In this document: in pieces, positions 1 through 11,120 of the stretch | Position numbering within the stretch: position 1 is the stretch's first letter | Layout: each line of letters begins with the position of its first letter | Source: an uncultured Pseudobdellovibrionaceae bacterium | GTDB lineage: Bacteria > Bdellovibrionota > Bdellovibrionia > Bdellovibrionales > UBA1609 | Length of the DNA stretch: 64,000 nucleotides | NCBI GenBank assembly: GCA_963803705.1 | Contig: CAWDNU010000004.1 | Span: forward strand, 512,001 to 576,000 | Direction: 5' to 3' | Notes under the pieces: model-generated | What the model was told of the DNA's origin: nothing | Database searches by the model: none | The model's input: only the letters and a program-made list of their open reading frames with translations | Made by a program: the position numbers and the translations under genes

Positions 1-404
1 TTAAAATTTTCGGCTGAGGTGGCTGAATTTAAAATTAGCGTGTTAAAATCCCCAGCGCTCTGTCTCAGGGTTCCGTAAAGTTCACCGAAAGCACCCATTA
101 CCTGGTTTTTCTTTTCTTCTAGTGCTTGAAGCTCTTTTTCGTTGGTATCAAACGATTTTCCCAAACTAAGACTTTCATTTTGCAAATTTTTAAGTTCGCG
201 TCCAGCTTTATTAACTAGGGCCAACTGTTTGGCCTTGGATGTTTCGAATTCCGATTCTCTTTTTTTCCAAAGCTCTGATTCGTTAGATTTTTCGTCTTGA
301 ATCTTTTGAAGCAGTACCTCTAGCTTCTTATTTGCAAAACTAGGGGTGAAGATAAAACTACATGCTAAAATAAATAGAGTTGGTTTTAGGACTAAGTTAA
401 ACAT
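1..404 (-). CDS. MotA/TolQ/ExbB-family protein, TtpC-like (N-terminal part, runs off window)
   Basis: ATG at 404 overlaps the TAA of the upstream gene (TAATG). Manual translation MFNLVLKPTLFILACSFIFTPSFANKKLEVLLQKIQDEK...GELYGTLRQSAGD shows a signal peptide and coiled coil. It follows a DUF3450 gene as in ttpB-ttpC-exbB clusters. Not in the ORF track. Confidence 0.7.
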   Translation of the reverse strand, partial: MFNLVLKPTLFILACSFIFTPSFANKKLEVLLQKIQDEKSNESELWKKRESEFETSKAKQLALVNKAGRELKNLQNESLSLGKSFDTNEKELQALEEKKNQVMGAFGELYGTLRQSAGDFNTLILNSATSAENF

Positions 405-1384
405 TATAAACTCACCTCGTCTTGATCTGATTTATCTAGTTTTGATTCAGCTGGTTTCAATTTAGCTGGTTGCAAATTAGCTGATTTTAATCTGGATGAT
501 CTCAAATTACCGACTTCAGACCTGATAATAGGTAGGGTCAGTAAACTTGGTGAGGACTGCTTGTTCGCAACCTTAACTGCTTTTTCAATGTAAGACCTTT
601 CTGAACCACTTAAAGGTAACCATGCGTTTTTATTTAGATCCCATACTCCAGCTTTTTTTCGGTCTTTTGTAATGTAATAAAGCCCAACGCGCCCCACTTT
701 TAAAAACTCAACACTTTGCTCTTGGTCTTTTAGGTCAATAGTATCCATATAGGTTTCAATAGTTGCTCCATACTCATTTTCAACTAAATAAGCCTCTAGA
801 ACTTTCCGGTACTTTTCTGATAAGCTAACGCCGGATTTAACAAACAGCGCCTCTAAATCCTTAACTCGCTTTTGTCTTTCCTTAGGTAAAAACGGTAAAT
901 CGGCTGCGACAAATTCTGCAAGGGAATCTTTCATCTTCACCATCAGCGGAGCAACTTTTTTAGTCGTCTCTTGAACACTAATGATCTCTTCAGCTATTTT
1001 AGCTTTTTCATCTTTTTGAGATGCGATCACTTCTTTAAGCTGATCATTGTAAATTCTTGTATTCTCAATACTTTGAAGCACTTGCCGATACTTGGTTTTT
1101 AAACTTTGAGTCTCTTCAAAGGTTTTGTCTACTTTTTTCTGTGACTCTTTTGCAACTTCTAAGTTTGCTTTTTGTTCAGCCTCTGCCGTTTTAATGGTGG
1201 CAGCTGAGCTAATATTCAGATTGGTAAAAAAGATAAGTAAGGCTAAAAACCAAATAGCTGTTACTGATTGATAGTATAGCTCATTTAATGATTCCATTTT
1301 TTTTCTCGCCGGCATCAAATTTGGTGCCACATCAAAATAATATTGGTTTGCATCTTTTAGAAACTTCGTTGAACCATATTTCAT
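404..1384 (-). CDS. DUF3450 family periplasmic protein (TtpB-like, TonB system accessory)
   Basis: Motifs DLPFLPKERQKR, SEKYRKVLEAYLVENEYG and FLKVGRVGLYY; lies downstream of a TonB receptor. True start may be downstream of 1384. Confidence 0.8.
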   Translation of the reverse strand: MKYGSTKFLKDANQYYFDVAPNLMPARKKMESLNELYYQSVTAIWFLALLIFFTNLNISSAATIKTAEAEQKANLEVAKESQKKVDKTFEETQSLKTKYRQVLQSIENTRIYNDQLKEVIASQKDEKAKIAEEIISVQETTKKVAPLMVKMKDSLAEFVAADLPFLPKERQKRVKDLEALFVKSGVSLSEKYRKVLEAYLVENEYGATIETYMDTIDLKDQEQSVEFLKVGRVGLYYITKDRKKAGVWDLNKNAWLPLSGSERSYIEKAVKVANKQSSPSLLTLPIIRSEVGNLRSSRLKSANLQPAKLKPAESKLDKSDQDEVSL

Positions 1385-1472
1385 AGATTAGCCTCGTAGC
1401 TTTTTGATCTTAAAATTTTAGTTGAAAATTTTTTTTTCATTTCATGTCCTTACTTTCAATTTATCACTACTG

Positions 1473-4409
1473 TTAAAAGTTTCTAGATAGTCTCATAAAT
1501 ACCTCTGGTCCCCTTTGGGAAAACAGCCCCGGACTAAAGGGGTCATTAGGATTAGATGAGTCTAATGGCGGTGTCGTACCTAACAAGTTGATGACCCCTA
1601 AAGTTAAATTAGTATCTTCTATTCCAGAGTAATTATAAGAAAGGTCAAAGCGAGAATAAGAGTCCACATAGGTAGCCCGGTCCGCACCTTTAAATTTATC
1701 AGTAGATACAACAGATAGTCTTAGATCATTACTTAGCAGTTTGTAGGCAACGCTAAACTGATTTCTCCACTTTGGCACTAAACCGGCAGTAACATCGTCT
1801 CTAGAATCTAACCCAGGAAATGGTATAGCTTCTTGCCACAACCTAAATGAAGCAGCTTCGCTAAATATCAATGTGCCCAAAGGAAGTCCTAACTTATAAT
1901 TTATTCCTAGATCCAAGCCTGCGCTTTTTTGGTCGATAAGATTTACTAGTGGTGCAACGATTGGATTAGTTTGGTCTAAATTTCCGTTGATATCTCGGTT
2001 CATTTGAAAACCCACAGTCGATGGGTCAATGCCCAGCAACTCAGCTTGAGTTGCCTCGAAAAGTGTTCCAGGTGTTCCTCCAGCAATCAGACCTTCTTGA
2101 TCGACTGCCCAGAAATCTAACGAGATATCAAACAAGTTAGAAGGCTCATAAACAAAACCAGCAGAATAAGAAAACGAAGTTATAGCGTCCAAGTCTTCGT
2201 TACCACCCGAAACAACCCGGTACTGATTCGGATCGCAACTAGTGGACCCAGGCCCATCGCGGTCACAAGCAACATTATCTATGAACCGTTCAAAACCGTC
2301 GCTTCGTGTTTGGTACAATAGGAATAAGGCTGGAGCCTTAAATCCAGTGCCTACAGTTGATCTAAACATCAGATCAGACGTGGGTCTGAATTTGATCCCC
2401 AGCTTAGGATTAAAAGTATCACCAAAGTCACTGAATTTATCGTATCGTCCAGACAAATAAACATCTACTGACTTTGAAAGTCTACCGTTTAATTGCCCAT
2501 ACACAGCATAAATATCACGTTCGGCGCTACCATTGGAACCAGCGCCGGTAAGTGTTTCCGCGCGCTCAGAAAGCTTATCAACAGTGTTTGTGTAATCTCT
2601 TTTAATATAGTTGAAGCCCATGTCCAAGACGTAGGGTGCCCCGAAAATTTCGCCAAGTTCACCGCTGAACTTAAGATCTGCAGTATAGAAGTTTGCAATC
2701 TGAGTTGCAGTCGGTGTGTAAGATGCCGCATCTAGACTGCCTTGCGCGCCAAGCGGCGCAAATGGATTGAACTGTCCTCCAGCCACATCCGTTCCAATCA
2801 AATCTACAAGCTGGCTTTTTACTGCGTTACCCAAATTGACCGATTCACTTCGGTCGCGACCATAACTACCTGCTAAAGTGACTGACCAAGTGTCAAAAAA
2901 CTCGTGGACTAAGCCTGAAGACAAACCAAAGAAATTAGTTTCTTGAGAGGAGTCACGATTTCCTAGTGGGGTAGCTCTGAAGCCAATATCCATATCATTA
3001 CCACTAGTATGGTTAGGCAACGCAAAGGTGTCAGCCACCGCGGCTGGTATTGTAAAAAAACCTGGAGCAGGAGCAAAAACATAATTGGTAATGGATCGAT
3101 TGTAAAAAAACTCAGAGTACACACGAGTAAAGTCGCTGAACTTGTGATCCAAATGGGTAAAAATGGCCAGCTGATCTATTTCTGGCAGGGTGGTTGCCTG
3201 ATCACCGGCATTGTAACTACAAAAGGTTCCGGATGAGGTGACTAAGAAATCATCTGGATCACATTGTGGAGACGGCGAAAAAGGTTCGCCCACGTCCCTG
3301 TAACTGCCAGGATTACCTAGTTCAATTATATTATCTTTTGACCAGGCTCTTTCACGAGCAAAAATGTTTTGTTTCTGCGTATAGTTCAGAGCAAACGTTA
3401 CATTGCTTTTAGCAGAGGAAGCCCCTGCCAACAAATTTAAGTCAAACTTTTCTCCGCCGCCTAACGTAGTTTGCGTTGCGCCGACATTAACTTGAAAGCC
3501 ATCAAACTCTTTTTGTGTAATAATATTTATTACACCACCAATAGAGTCGGACCCGTAGATACTCGATAGATCATCTTTAATGACAACAATCTCTTTAACT
3601 ATAGCAAGTGGTATACGGTTGATATCGACTACATCGCCACCACTACTTGGGGGGAAGCGAACTCCATTTATTAAAACCAGAGTGTTAGCCTCGCCTAGAC
3701 CGCGCAAATCAACAGCTGCTGCACCGGCCCCTGACGATAAACCTGACGACTCACGGGTTGAACCAAAAGCTGAAACCGGATTATCCCGTAGAAAATCTGC
3801 AATTGATGTCTGACCAGAGGCAAAAATCTGCTCGACACTGATACGTATTTCGGGAGCAGGACCAGCTAAATCCATTTTTTTCAATCGTGAGGATACAACA
3901 TCAGTTGTAACCACTAAAGCGTCTTCGTCTCTTTGGCCTGTAACCAGTGGGTTAGTAGTTTCTTCAGATTCGTTATCTACAGGATCGCCGCCGTAAGCTT
4001 CATCATTTCTTTTTTCTTCTGCTTCTTGGTTGGCTCTACCCGCTTCCTGTTCTGCGTTTGCAATTTCTTTTTCAGCTTGTGCAGCTTCAAGCTCTGCACC
4101 CCTAGCTTTTTTCTCCGAATCGGTAGCTTCCGCCTCAGCGCCTGTAGTTTGCTGACCCTCGTCTTGGACTCGCTGTACTTGATCTTTCTTATTTTCTTGA
4201 GCTTTAGAGCTTAAGGCGAAGACTAATAAAACCAGCGGTATACACGTCCAAAGTTTATTAAGGACAGAACTCTGGTACATAAGTAAATAAATTTTATGTT
4301 GATTGCGCAAACTAAGAGACATCACTAAAAACTTAATAATAAACAAAAGATCCCCTCTTTGAACAACTCGGTAACTTAGGCAGCTTACTGCCAAGACTTG
4401 AACGAACAC
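1473..4409 (-). CDS. TonB-dependent outer membrane receptor
   Basis: Plug motifs DLRGLGEANTLVLINGVR and SSIYGSDSIGGVINIIT; barrel motif RYDKFSDFGDTFNPKLG; C-terminal Phe. True start is probably near 4280-4345. Confidence 0.93.
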   Translation of the reverse strand: MFVQVLAVSCLSYRVVQRGDLLFIIKFLVMSLSLRNQHKIYLLMYQSSVLNKLWTCIPLVLLVFALSSKAQENKKDQVQRVQDEGQQTTGAEAEATDSEKKARGAELEAAQAEKEIANAEQEAGRANQEAEEKRNDEAYGGDPVDNESEETTNPLVTGQRDEDALVVTTDVVSSRLKKMDLAGPAPEIRISVEQIFASGQTSIADFLRDNPVSAFGSTRESSGLSSGAGAAAVDLRGLGEANTLVLINGVRFPPSSGGDVVDINRIPLAIVKEIVVIKDDLSSIYGSDSIGGVINIITQKEFDGFQVNVGATQTTLGGGEKFDLNLLAGASSAKSNVTFALNYTQKQNIFARERAWSKDNIIELGNPGSYRDVGEPFSPSPQCDPDDFLVTSSGTFCSYNAGDQATTLPEIDQLAIFTHLDHKFSDFTRVYSEFFYNRSITNYVFAPAPGFFTIPAAVADTFALPNHTSGNDMDIGFRATPLGNRDSSQETNFFGLSSGLVHEFFDTWSVTLAGSYGRDRSESVNLGNAVKSQLVDLIGTDVAGGQFNPFAPLGAQGSLDAASYTPTATQIANFYTADLKFSGELGEIFGAPYVLDMGFNYIKRDYTNTVDKLSERAETLTGAGSNGSAERDIYAVYGQLNGRLSKSVDVYLSGRYDKFSDFGDTFNPKLGIKFRPTSDLMFRSTVGTGFKAPALFLLYQTRSDGFERFIDNVACDRDGPGSTSCDPNQYRVVSGGNEDLDAITSFSYSAGFVYEPSNLFDISLDFWAVDQEGLIAGGTPGTLFEATQAELLGIDPSTVGFQMNRDINGNLDQTNPIVAPLVNLIDQKSAGLDLGINYKLGLPLGTLIFSEAASFRLWQEAIPFPGLDSRDDVTAGLVPKWRNQFSVAYKLLSNDLRLSVVSTDKFKGADRATYVDSYSRFDLSYNYSGIEDTNLTLGVINLLGTTPPLDSSNPNDPFSPGLFSQRGPEVFMRLSRNF

Positions 4410-4733
4410 CAGAACTTAATCTAGTTACATTTCGAGTCATTAACTTTGTTTTAAACAAATAATAACGCCCCAAATCAAATGTTTAAAACTTCTAGAATCT
4501 ATAACTTATTTTTTTGGCTTTGTTAAGGCGGACTTTTTAAGTGATGCCTTAGCAGTTCATTTTATAAGATTTAAGTGTGTATACCATGTTAGAGCGTTTT
4601 CAAGACCCTTAACCCAAGTAGAAAACGTACCTTTTAACAAGCAAGTTAAAGCCGCACCTCATAATGTCAGTAACCATTCCCCAGTGAATAATAATGGAAG
4701 GTATTTTTTTCACGATTTAAACACGGAGTTCTA

Positions 4734-5117
4734 ATGAATAAAGCAGCGCTAGGAGCAAGATATTTGCTTGGTTTGATATTTTTGATATTTGGCTTAAATG
4801 GTTTTCTAGGGTTTATACCCTTACCGCCACCTTCTCCAGAAGGGGGGGCATTTTTAGGTGCTTTAGCTGCAACAGGATACATGTTCCCCATAATTAAACT
4901 GACTGAAATTACAGGCGGACTGTTACTTTTGACAGGTTTTTGGTTCCCACTGGCACAAATTATTTTAGCACCCATTACGATTAATATTTTTCTATATCAT
5001 CTTATTTTAGACCCTAGTGTTGAAAGCTTAATGCTTCCAATAATTTTAGTGATAGGACAAGTTATAATGGGTTATGTGCACTTTAACAGATTTGAGTCTT
5101 TGTTTAAAAAGGCTTAA
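4734..5117 (+). CDS. DoxX family membrane protein
   Basis: ARYLLGLIFLIFGLNGF and EITGGLLLLTG...LAPITINIFLYH; four hydrophobic segments; GGAG upstream. Confidence 0.8.
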   Translation: MNKAALGARYLLGLIFLIFGLNGFLGFIPLPPPSPEGGAFLGALAATGYMFPIIKLTEITGGLLLLTGFWFPLAQIILAPITINIFLYHLILDPSVESLMLPIILVIGQVIMGYVHFNRFESLFKKA

Positions 5118-5127
5118 GAAGCTCTAT

Positions 5128-5880
5128 ATGTTCAAACTTAGAAAATCTGAAGACCGTGGTTTCGCTGACCACGGTTGGCTAAAAGCCAAACACACTTTTT
5201 CATTTGCAAGCTATTTTGACCCTGAATTTACAGGATTTAGAGATTTAAAAGTAATCAACCAAGACATAGTTTCGCCTAAGATGGGTTTCAACACCCACCC
5301 ACATAAAGATATGGAAATAATTACTTACGTGATAAGCGGAACTATAAAACACAAAGACAGTTTGGGAAATGAATACGAAATTAGCGAAGGCGAAATGCAA
5401 GTGATGTCTGCAGGGACAGGCGTCAGCCACAGTGAATTTAACCCTTCTGATAAAGATGATCTAGAATTGATGCAGATATGGGTTTCAACAGACAGACTTG
5501 GTCACGCGCCTTCTTATGATCAATTTAAACTTAAAAAAGAAGATAAACTTAACACACTTAAACTAGTGGTCGAGCCCCATGATCATCAAACCAAACTAGC
5601 TAACTCAGCTGCACTTAAGATTCACCAAAGTGTATGTCTTTATGCTAGTATTTTAGAGGAAAACGATGAGCTTAATTTTGAATTTGACTCTAACAGATAC
5701 GGCTGGATTCAGCTTATATCAGGGGAACTTGTCGTAGCAACACTTGATACATCTGCATTTCAAGGTGGTTTTTTAGAAGAAAAGCTAAGACCTGGCGACG
5801 GTTTAGAAATCACGTGCGCCAAAACTATTCGAATTTTAGCTAGTAAAACCGCCGACTTTTTGCTTTTCGACCTAAATTAA
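5128..5880 (+). CDS. Pirin family protein (YhhW-like)
   Basis: RGFADHGWL..HTFSFA, GFNTHPHKDMEI, HKDSLGN and MSAGTGVSHSEFN. Start moved to ATG 5128. Confidence 0.92.
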   Translation: MFKLRKSEDRGFADHGWLKAKHTFSFASYFDPEFTGFRDLKVINQDIVSPKMGFNTHPHKDMEIITYVISGTIKHKDSLGNEYEISEGEMQVMSAGTGVSHSEFNPSDKDDLELMQIWVSTDRLGHAPSYDQFKLKKEDKLNTLKLVVEPHDHQTKLANSAALKIHQSVCLYASILEENDELNFEFDSNRYGWIQLISGELVVATLDTSAFQGGFLEEKLRPGDGLEITCAKTIRILASKTADFLLFDLN

Positions 5881-6185
5881 AATTTCGCTTAAAAGTTTCA
5901 GTAAGATCTTGGTCTAATAATAAAAGTTGTATAATTTTCAAAAACCTCGTGTGAAACTTCTTTGATGGTTGCAAGTTCGTCTGTAAAATTGTTCTGAATC
6001 GTCACATGTATTCGCAATTTATTTGCAAATACATTTCTTTGATAACTGTCTATGACAAGTTCTATATGACAAACCCCAGAGATCCGTTCACCAGGATTAT
6101 TAACACTTATCGCTACTGAGGGGTGATTTACAAAATTGGATTTAATTTTTTGATATTTAAAACTACATAACGAATCGAAAGAAAT

Positions 6186-7397
6186 CTAAACGCTATAAAA
6201 CAAATCACGCCAAGACGATTGAATGTTTTGAACCTTTGAAGTGTACCCTGGTAACAGGGCACCAAAATGATTTTCATAGCCCAGGCTTGTAGCTGCATTA
6301 TATGTGTAGGCACAAATCACTTCAGGTAAAGTCATTTTCATTTCAAGCCGGGCCAAAATACCTACGAAATTTATATTTTGAGTGGGACTACTTCCCGGGT
6401 TAAAATCTGTAGCTAGACTTACTTGCCCACCCTCATCCAGCATTTTTCTAGCTTTAGGATACTTGATTTTTAAATAGAAATCGGCTGAAGGTAGCAAGTT
6501 AAAAACTGTATTCAGTTTAGCCACTTTTTGAATTTCGCTGTCTTTCATATTTACGCAATGGCTGATAGACATTGCCCCAAGCTTTGCGGCCTTTAAACCA
6601 TATCCAAGTGATGTAAGTTGATCCGTGTGGGCTGTAAATGTCCACCCTAATTTTTTTATCTCATGAACTAGAACATTCAAATCTACAGCTTCAAAGTAGC
6701 CTTCATCTAAAAAGATGTCTGCATGCCTTACCTTAGTTTTTTTATGAACAGCAGGTAAATATTTATGAATCACATCATGAACGTAATCTACTTTAGACTT
6801 TCTATGGATAGCATGCAGTCCTAAAAAGGTAGGACGAATCAGAACCCCCGTAAGTGAGTCCATAACCATTAGACATTTAAGTTCTGTTTTTAAATCTGGA
6901 CCGTATCCAGATTTAGACTCAAGCAAAACAACACCTTGTTGCTTAAAGTTATTAACTCTTTGTTGAGCCAAAGCTTTTAATTCTTCAAAAGAGCTTTTTT
7001 TAGTATGCTGACAGGTAAATTTGATACCACCACCAAGCTTTGCAATCTCTTGGTAGGAAACACCCTGATTTCGAAGTTCAAATTCGTGTTGTCTGTCTCC
7101 TGAAAAGACCAAATGCGTGTGAGATTCGACGTAACCTGGTATTAAAAAACCTGAAATCTTTTTTTCACTGATTTGACCAAGAGTTTTTTTATTTTTTTTA
7201 TAAAAACCATTGAACTCTTTTTGTGTACCAACAAAGACAATCTTTTTATTATCTTTTAGTAAAAGTGGCTTTTTTATTAAGCCCAAGTCTTTTTCCTCAA
7301 CGTATCGACCCTTCTTTTGTACAACGCCCTTAAGGGTCAAAGCCTCCTCAGCCCCAACTTGTAAAGTCAAACGTGGTTTAGGTTTATTTATATCCAC
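6186..7397 (-). CDS. hutI: Imidazolonepropionase
   Basis: [21 protein letters not shown] and [11 protein letters not shown]; overlaps hutU. Confidence 0.93.
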   Translation of the reverse strand: MDINKPKPRLTLQVGAEEALTLKGVVQKKGRYVEEKDLGLIKKPLLLKDNKKIVFVGTQKEFNGFYKKNKKTLGQISEKKISGFLIPGYVESHTHLVFSGDRQHEFELRNQGVSYQEIAKLGGGIKFTCQHTKKSSFEELKALAQQRVNNFKQQGVVLLESKSGYGPDLKTELKCLMVMDSLTGVLIRPTFLGLHAIHRKSKVDYVHDVIHKYLPAVHKKTKVRHADIFLDEGYFEAVDLNVLVHEIKKLGWTFTAHTDQLTSLGYGLKAAKLGAMSISHCVNMKDSEIQKVAKLNTVFNLLPSADFYLKIKYPKARKMLDEGGQVSLATDFNPGSSPTQNINFVGILARLEMKMTLPEVICAYTYNAATSLGYENHFGALLPGYTSKVQNIQSSWRDLFYSV

Positions 7398-9022
7398 AAA
7401 GATTTCACTCCTCTATCCTTTGCCGTTTGAACAGCATCTTCATATCCCGCATCCACATGTCTGAAGACACCCATTGCAGGGTCTGCAGTCAACACTCTTT
7501 CAAGACACTGCTTTGCCCTGTCAGTGCCGTCAGCTAAAATAACTTGCCCAGCATGCTGGCTATAGCCCATTCCCACTCCCCCACCGTGGTGAAGACTTAC
7601 CCAAGTTGCGCCACAAGCGGTGTTCACCATCGCATTTAAAAGTGGCCAGTCTGAAACTGCATCTGAACCATCTAGCATAGCTTCGGTTTCTCTATTGGGG
7701 GATGCTACAGACCCACAATCTAAATGATCTCGACCTATAACGATTGGCGCTTTTACTTTTTTTTGTTTAACCAGTTCGTTAAACATAAGACCTGCCTTCA
7801 TACGCTCGCCGTATTCCAACCAGCAGATACGCGCCGGTAAACCTTGAAAAGCGATACGTTCTCGAGCTTGGTTTAACCAATGAATCATATGGGTCTTTTG
7901 CGGAAACAATTTTTTTAATGCCTCGTCGGTAGTATAAATATCTTCAGGATCCCCACTTAGAGCTACCCAACGAAATGGCCCGCTGCCTTTGCAAAATAAA
8001 GGACGAATATACTCAGGTACAAAACCTGGTATATCGAATGCATTTTCAACACCCATATCTTGGGCCATGGCTCTAATATTATTACCATAGTCGAATGTAA
8101 TTGCGCCTAGTTTTTTCATATTAAGCATTGCCTGAACGTGAACGGCCATGGACTTTTTTGAAAGCTCAACGTACTTAACTGGATCAGATTCTCGAAGCTG
8201 ATCAGCTTGTTCTAAATTATAGCCCTCTGGTATATAACCATTTAAAGGATCATGAGCAGAGGTTTGATCTGTTAATAGGTCTGGAATAATGTTTTCTTTA
8301 ACAAATCTTGGCAACACTTCAGCCATGTTAGCACACAGGGCAACGCTTTTAGCCACGCCTTGCTGATTGTACCTTTTTATTCTTTCGATAGCGTCCTCAA
8401 AGCTTGTCGCAACTTCGTCCACATATTTAGTTTTTACTCTTTTTTCAATTCTTTCGGGATCCACTTCGATAGCCAAAACGCTTGCACCTGCAAAGACACC
8501 AGCCAGCGGCTGAGCGCCGCCCATGCCACCAAGACCAGCAGTCAAAATCCACTTTCCTTTAAGGCTACCATTAAAGTGTTTACGCCCAGCCTCAACAAAG
8601 CTTTCATAAGTACCCTGGACAATTCCCTGGGTTCCAATATAAATCCATGAACCAGCAGTCATTTGCCCGTACATCATCAACCCTTGTTTATCTAATTCGT
8701 GAAATTTGTCCCAGGTGGCCCACTTAGGCACCAAGTTCGAATTGGCAATCAAAACACGCGGTGCTTGATCGTGAGTCTTTATAATACCTATAGGTTTTCC
8801 TGACTGAACCAACAAGGTTTCGTCATTTTCTAAGGTCTTGAGTGCCGATAAAATTTTATCTAAACACTCTTGATTTCTGGCAGCTTTGCCAAGCCCTCCG
8901 TAGACAATTAACTCATCTGGACGCTCAGCTACTTCAGGATCTAAATTGTTTTGAATCATTCTGTAAGCCGCTTCTTGCGGCCAACCTTTGCAATTTAGTG
9001 TATCTCCAGTTGGTGCTTTCAC
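7388..9022 (-). CDS. hutU: Urocanate hydratase
   Basis: [32 protein letters not shown] and [21 protein letters not shown] start with GGAGG RBS. Confidence 0.97.
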   Translation of the reverse strand: MKAPTGDTLNCKGWPQEAAYRMIQNNLDPEVAERPDELIVYGGLGKAARNQECLDKILSALKTLENDETLLVQSGKPIGIIKTHDQAPRVLIANSNLVPKWATWDKFHELDKQGLMMYGQMTAGSWIYIGTQGIVQGTYESFVEAGRKHFNGSLKGKWILTAGLGGMGGAQPLAGVFAGASVLAIEVDPERIEKRVKTKYVDEVATSFEDAIERIKRYNQQGVAKSVALCANMAEVLPRFVKENIIPDLLTDQTSAHDPLNGYIPEGYNLEQADQLRESDPVKYVELSKKSMAVHVQAMLNMKKLGAITFDYGNNIRAMAQDMGVENAFDIPGFVPEYIRPLFCKGSGPFRWVALSGDPEDIYTTDEALKKLFPQKTHMIHWLNQARERIAFQGLPARICWLEYGERMKAGLMFNELVKQKKVKAPIVIGRDHLDCGSVASPNRETEAMLDGSDAVSDWPLLNAMVNTACGATWVSLHHGGGVGMGYSQHAGQVILADGTDRAKQCLERVLTADPAMGVFRHVDAGYEDAVQTAKDRGVKSLWI

Positions 9023-9128
9023 TTTGTGTCCTCCCAGACTCTAAATATGACTTTAGTTTCAGTTAATTAGTTTGTTACATTTACTGAAAGTCTAACGTTA
9101 GATCATGTCTTTTGAAAGCCTTGTTGGG

Positions 9129-9743
9129 TCAATGAGAATGACCATGAGCCCTGCCGGAGCTATGGGATTCCGAGTCGTTGTTTTGGCACAGCGAGCACAT
9201 CAGATCAACTTCAAGATTTTCAGAAAAATTTAAGTTAGAAAACCTGTCAACATTCATCAGGGTTTTACTGCCTTGACCACTATCTAGAACTAGTCTCCAA
9301 CAACCTCCTTCGGGCATATCGTAAAAGTAAAGTTCGGATAAAATATAAATATTGTTTGCTCTGTCATAGCTAAAGTTGGCTCTATCGAGGTGACTCATCT
9401 CGTTCGGCATAATCATAATTGGAGCAACAGACAAATCATCCAAATAAACCAAGTTTTTGTTGGGATCAGTTTTCTGCCAGACTTCGATTCTAGCTTTGGA
9501 ATAAATTCTTTGCCTTGAGCGAGTTCTTGCTGCATTTAGTACAGGGCTTATTTCTTTAGCCTCAGTGAAAATGTATTCACCTTGTTGTTTTTTTCGTGTT
9601 GCTGTTTTTTGCCATTCAAAATTTAAGCAATAGCTTTTTGAATCGTAATTAAATTCATTGGGACAATTATTTGCTAGTGCTGGTTGAAAAAACAAAGTTG
9701 TAAGTAAAAGTGATTGTTTAAAAATTTGAATAAGATAGTACAA
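9129..9743 (-). CDS. Secreted protein with YtkA-like Met/His motif, CxxC and His-rich tail (putative metal chaperone)
   Basis: TTG at 9743 follows an AAGGAG RBS; signal peptide ending PALA; IMIMPNEMSH, CSLC and C-terminal SHSSGRAHGHSH. Confidence 0.6.
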   Translation of the reverse strand: MYYLIQIFKQSLLLTTLFFQPALANNCPNEFNYDSKSYCLNFEWQKTATRKKQQGEYIFTEAKEISPVLNAARTRSRQRIYSKARIEVWQKTDPNKNLVYLDDLSVAPIMIMPNEMSHLDRANFSYDRANNIYILSELYFYDMPEGGCWRLVLDSGQGSKTLMNVDRFSNLNFSENLEVDLMCSLCQNNDSESHSSGRAHGHSH

Positions 9744-10671
9744 TGTTTGCTCCTTGTGTAATAAGTGTGTTCTTAGGACGTCCAATCAAAGACTGGTCCG
9801 TATAAATAAAATTTAAGTTTATTTTTTCAGTAATCAGCCTACTAAAACCAATTCCTAAAGCTGTTGATCTAGAATTTGCATCTTGGTCAAAATTTAGTGA
9901 CTGACTAACGCGCTTTGATGTGACCGACCCGTCTGACATTTCCATTTGAGTTAAGCTTAAGTTTAAGTTCAGCTTCCAGAAGGGTAAACTGTAACCCAAT
10001 ATCATCTGAACTGAGCTGTCGTAGAAACTTTGAACATTCACGTCGCCAAACTGTTTTGAACTAAGCCTAAGGCTTCTGGCTTGGATCAATATCGACCATG
10101 GTGCAATTACCTTATATAAGGTGACGCCAAGACCAACACCCCATTGATTGTGTCCACTGACAGCTATATTTTCTGCACCAGGTTGACCTTCGTAAACCGA
10201 TCGCCCAGTAGGTAGGTTAATAAAAGTTGTAATAAATACGGTGGGCTTGTAGTAGCTAAATGTATATTCAGATAACAACTCGTAGGTGATACCAAGGCTC
10301 GTATCCGTCATTTCAGATTCAGCTTGACGAAAATTAAATTCTTCAAAAATACCCGTTTGATATCCTGCATTTACAAAAGCTTGAAGCCTGGAGTCGATTT
10401 TAAATCCACCTCCAATTTGTGTTAAGTGTACTTGCCTGCTTTTTTCATTTTGCCAGACCAGAAAGCCATTAGAAGGATCAAAAACTCGACCCACTCCGCT
10501 AACTAGAGAATGGCTTAAATTTAAGCTGTAACTTTGCCTTTGCACCATCACATTTAAATTAGTTGAGTTTTGGCCACAGCAGGAACTTGCCAAAGCTAAA
10601 TTAAAATCAAAAGCTATAAAAATATAAATGTTCAAAAAAAAGATAGTCTTTTTCACAGGAATTCCTGCCAT
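9718..10671 (-). CDS. Putative outer-membrane beta-barrel transporter with N-terminal SCCG motif
   Basis: Signal peptide ending ALA-SSCCG; alternating beta-strand pattern; C-terminal Phe. Confidence 0.55.
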   Translation of the reverse strand: MAGIPVKKTIFFLNIYIFIAFDFNLALASSCCGQNSTNLNVMVQRQSYSLNLSHSLVSGVGRVFDPSNGFLVWQNEKSRQVHLTQIGGGFKIDSRLQAFVNAGYQTGIFEEFNFRQAESEMTDTSLGITYELLSEYTFSYYKPTVFITTFINLPTGRSVYEGQPGAENIAVSGHNQWGVGLGVTLYKVIAPWSILIQARSLRLSSKQFGDVNVQSFYDSSVQMILGYSLPFWKLNLNLSLTQMEMSDGSVTSKRVSQSLNFDQDANSRSTALGIGFSRLITEKINLNFIYTDQSLIGRPKNTLITQGANIVLSYSNF

Positions 10672-11120
10672 TCGACACGATCTAATTCAGATCCTTCAAG
10701 ATCAAAAATAGAAAGATCCATAGACCACCAGCCGCCCATTTGAAAAACAACACCTGTGTTTTCATAGACACCCCTTGATAAGCGTTCAAATTCGCCAACA
10801 TCTTGTAATTCGTGATTTCTCATATCCGGCATGGTGGCAAAAAATTCCAGAAAACTTTTTTCTGTCAAATCTGTTAGTTGGTCCTTTCCATTGTAAATAA
10901 AAACAATGATCTTTGAGTTTTTAGCCACTGAAGGATAAGCACCTTCTGTCCATAAGTATTTAACTTTCAAGTCCAAGTTCTTAAAAAAAAGATCGTTTTT
11001 ACTATTTTGAGTTTTAAAACTTTCAGAAGAAACTTTGTTTCTAAGCGGAGAGTCACAACCCATGACAAAAAGAATCCAGAACCACCAAGCAAAAGCTCGG
11101 ATTAACTTTAGCTTAACCAT
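10653..11120 (-). CDS. YtkA/FixH-like lipoprotein
   Basis: ATG at 11120 is coupled to the upstream TGA. Lipobox VMGC; motifs MPDMRNH and FQMGGWW. Confidence 0.65.
   Translation of the reverse strand: MVKLKLIRAFAWWFWILFVMGCDSPLRNKVSSESFKTQNSKNDLFFKNLDLKVKYLWTEGAYPSVAKNSKIIVFIYNGKDQLTDLTEKSFLEFFATMPDMRNHELQDVGEFERLSRGVYENTGVVFQMGGWWSMDLSIFDLEGSELDRVEWQEFL

Noticed and set aside
4448..4489. 10-bp inverted repeat GTTTTAAACA...TGTTTAAAAC upstream of the TonB receptor
   Set aside because: Short and AT-rich, expected by chance; not a convincing Fur box.
5898..6185. 95-codon stop-free frame continuing in frame after the hutI TAG (possible readthrough or separate gene)
   Set aside because: No early ATG/GTG/TTG or RBS and no recognisable motif; HutI already appears complete.
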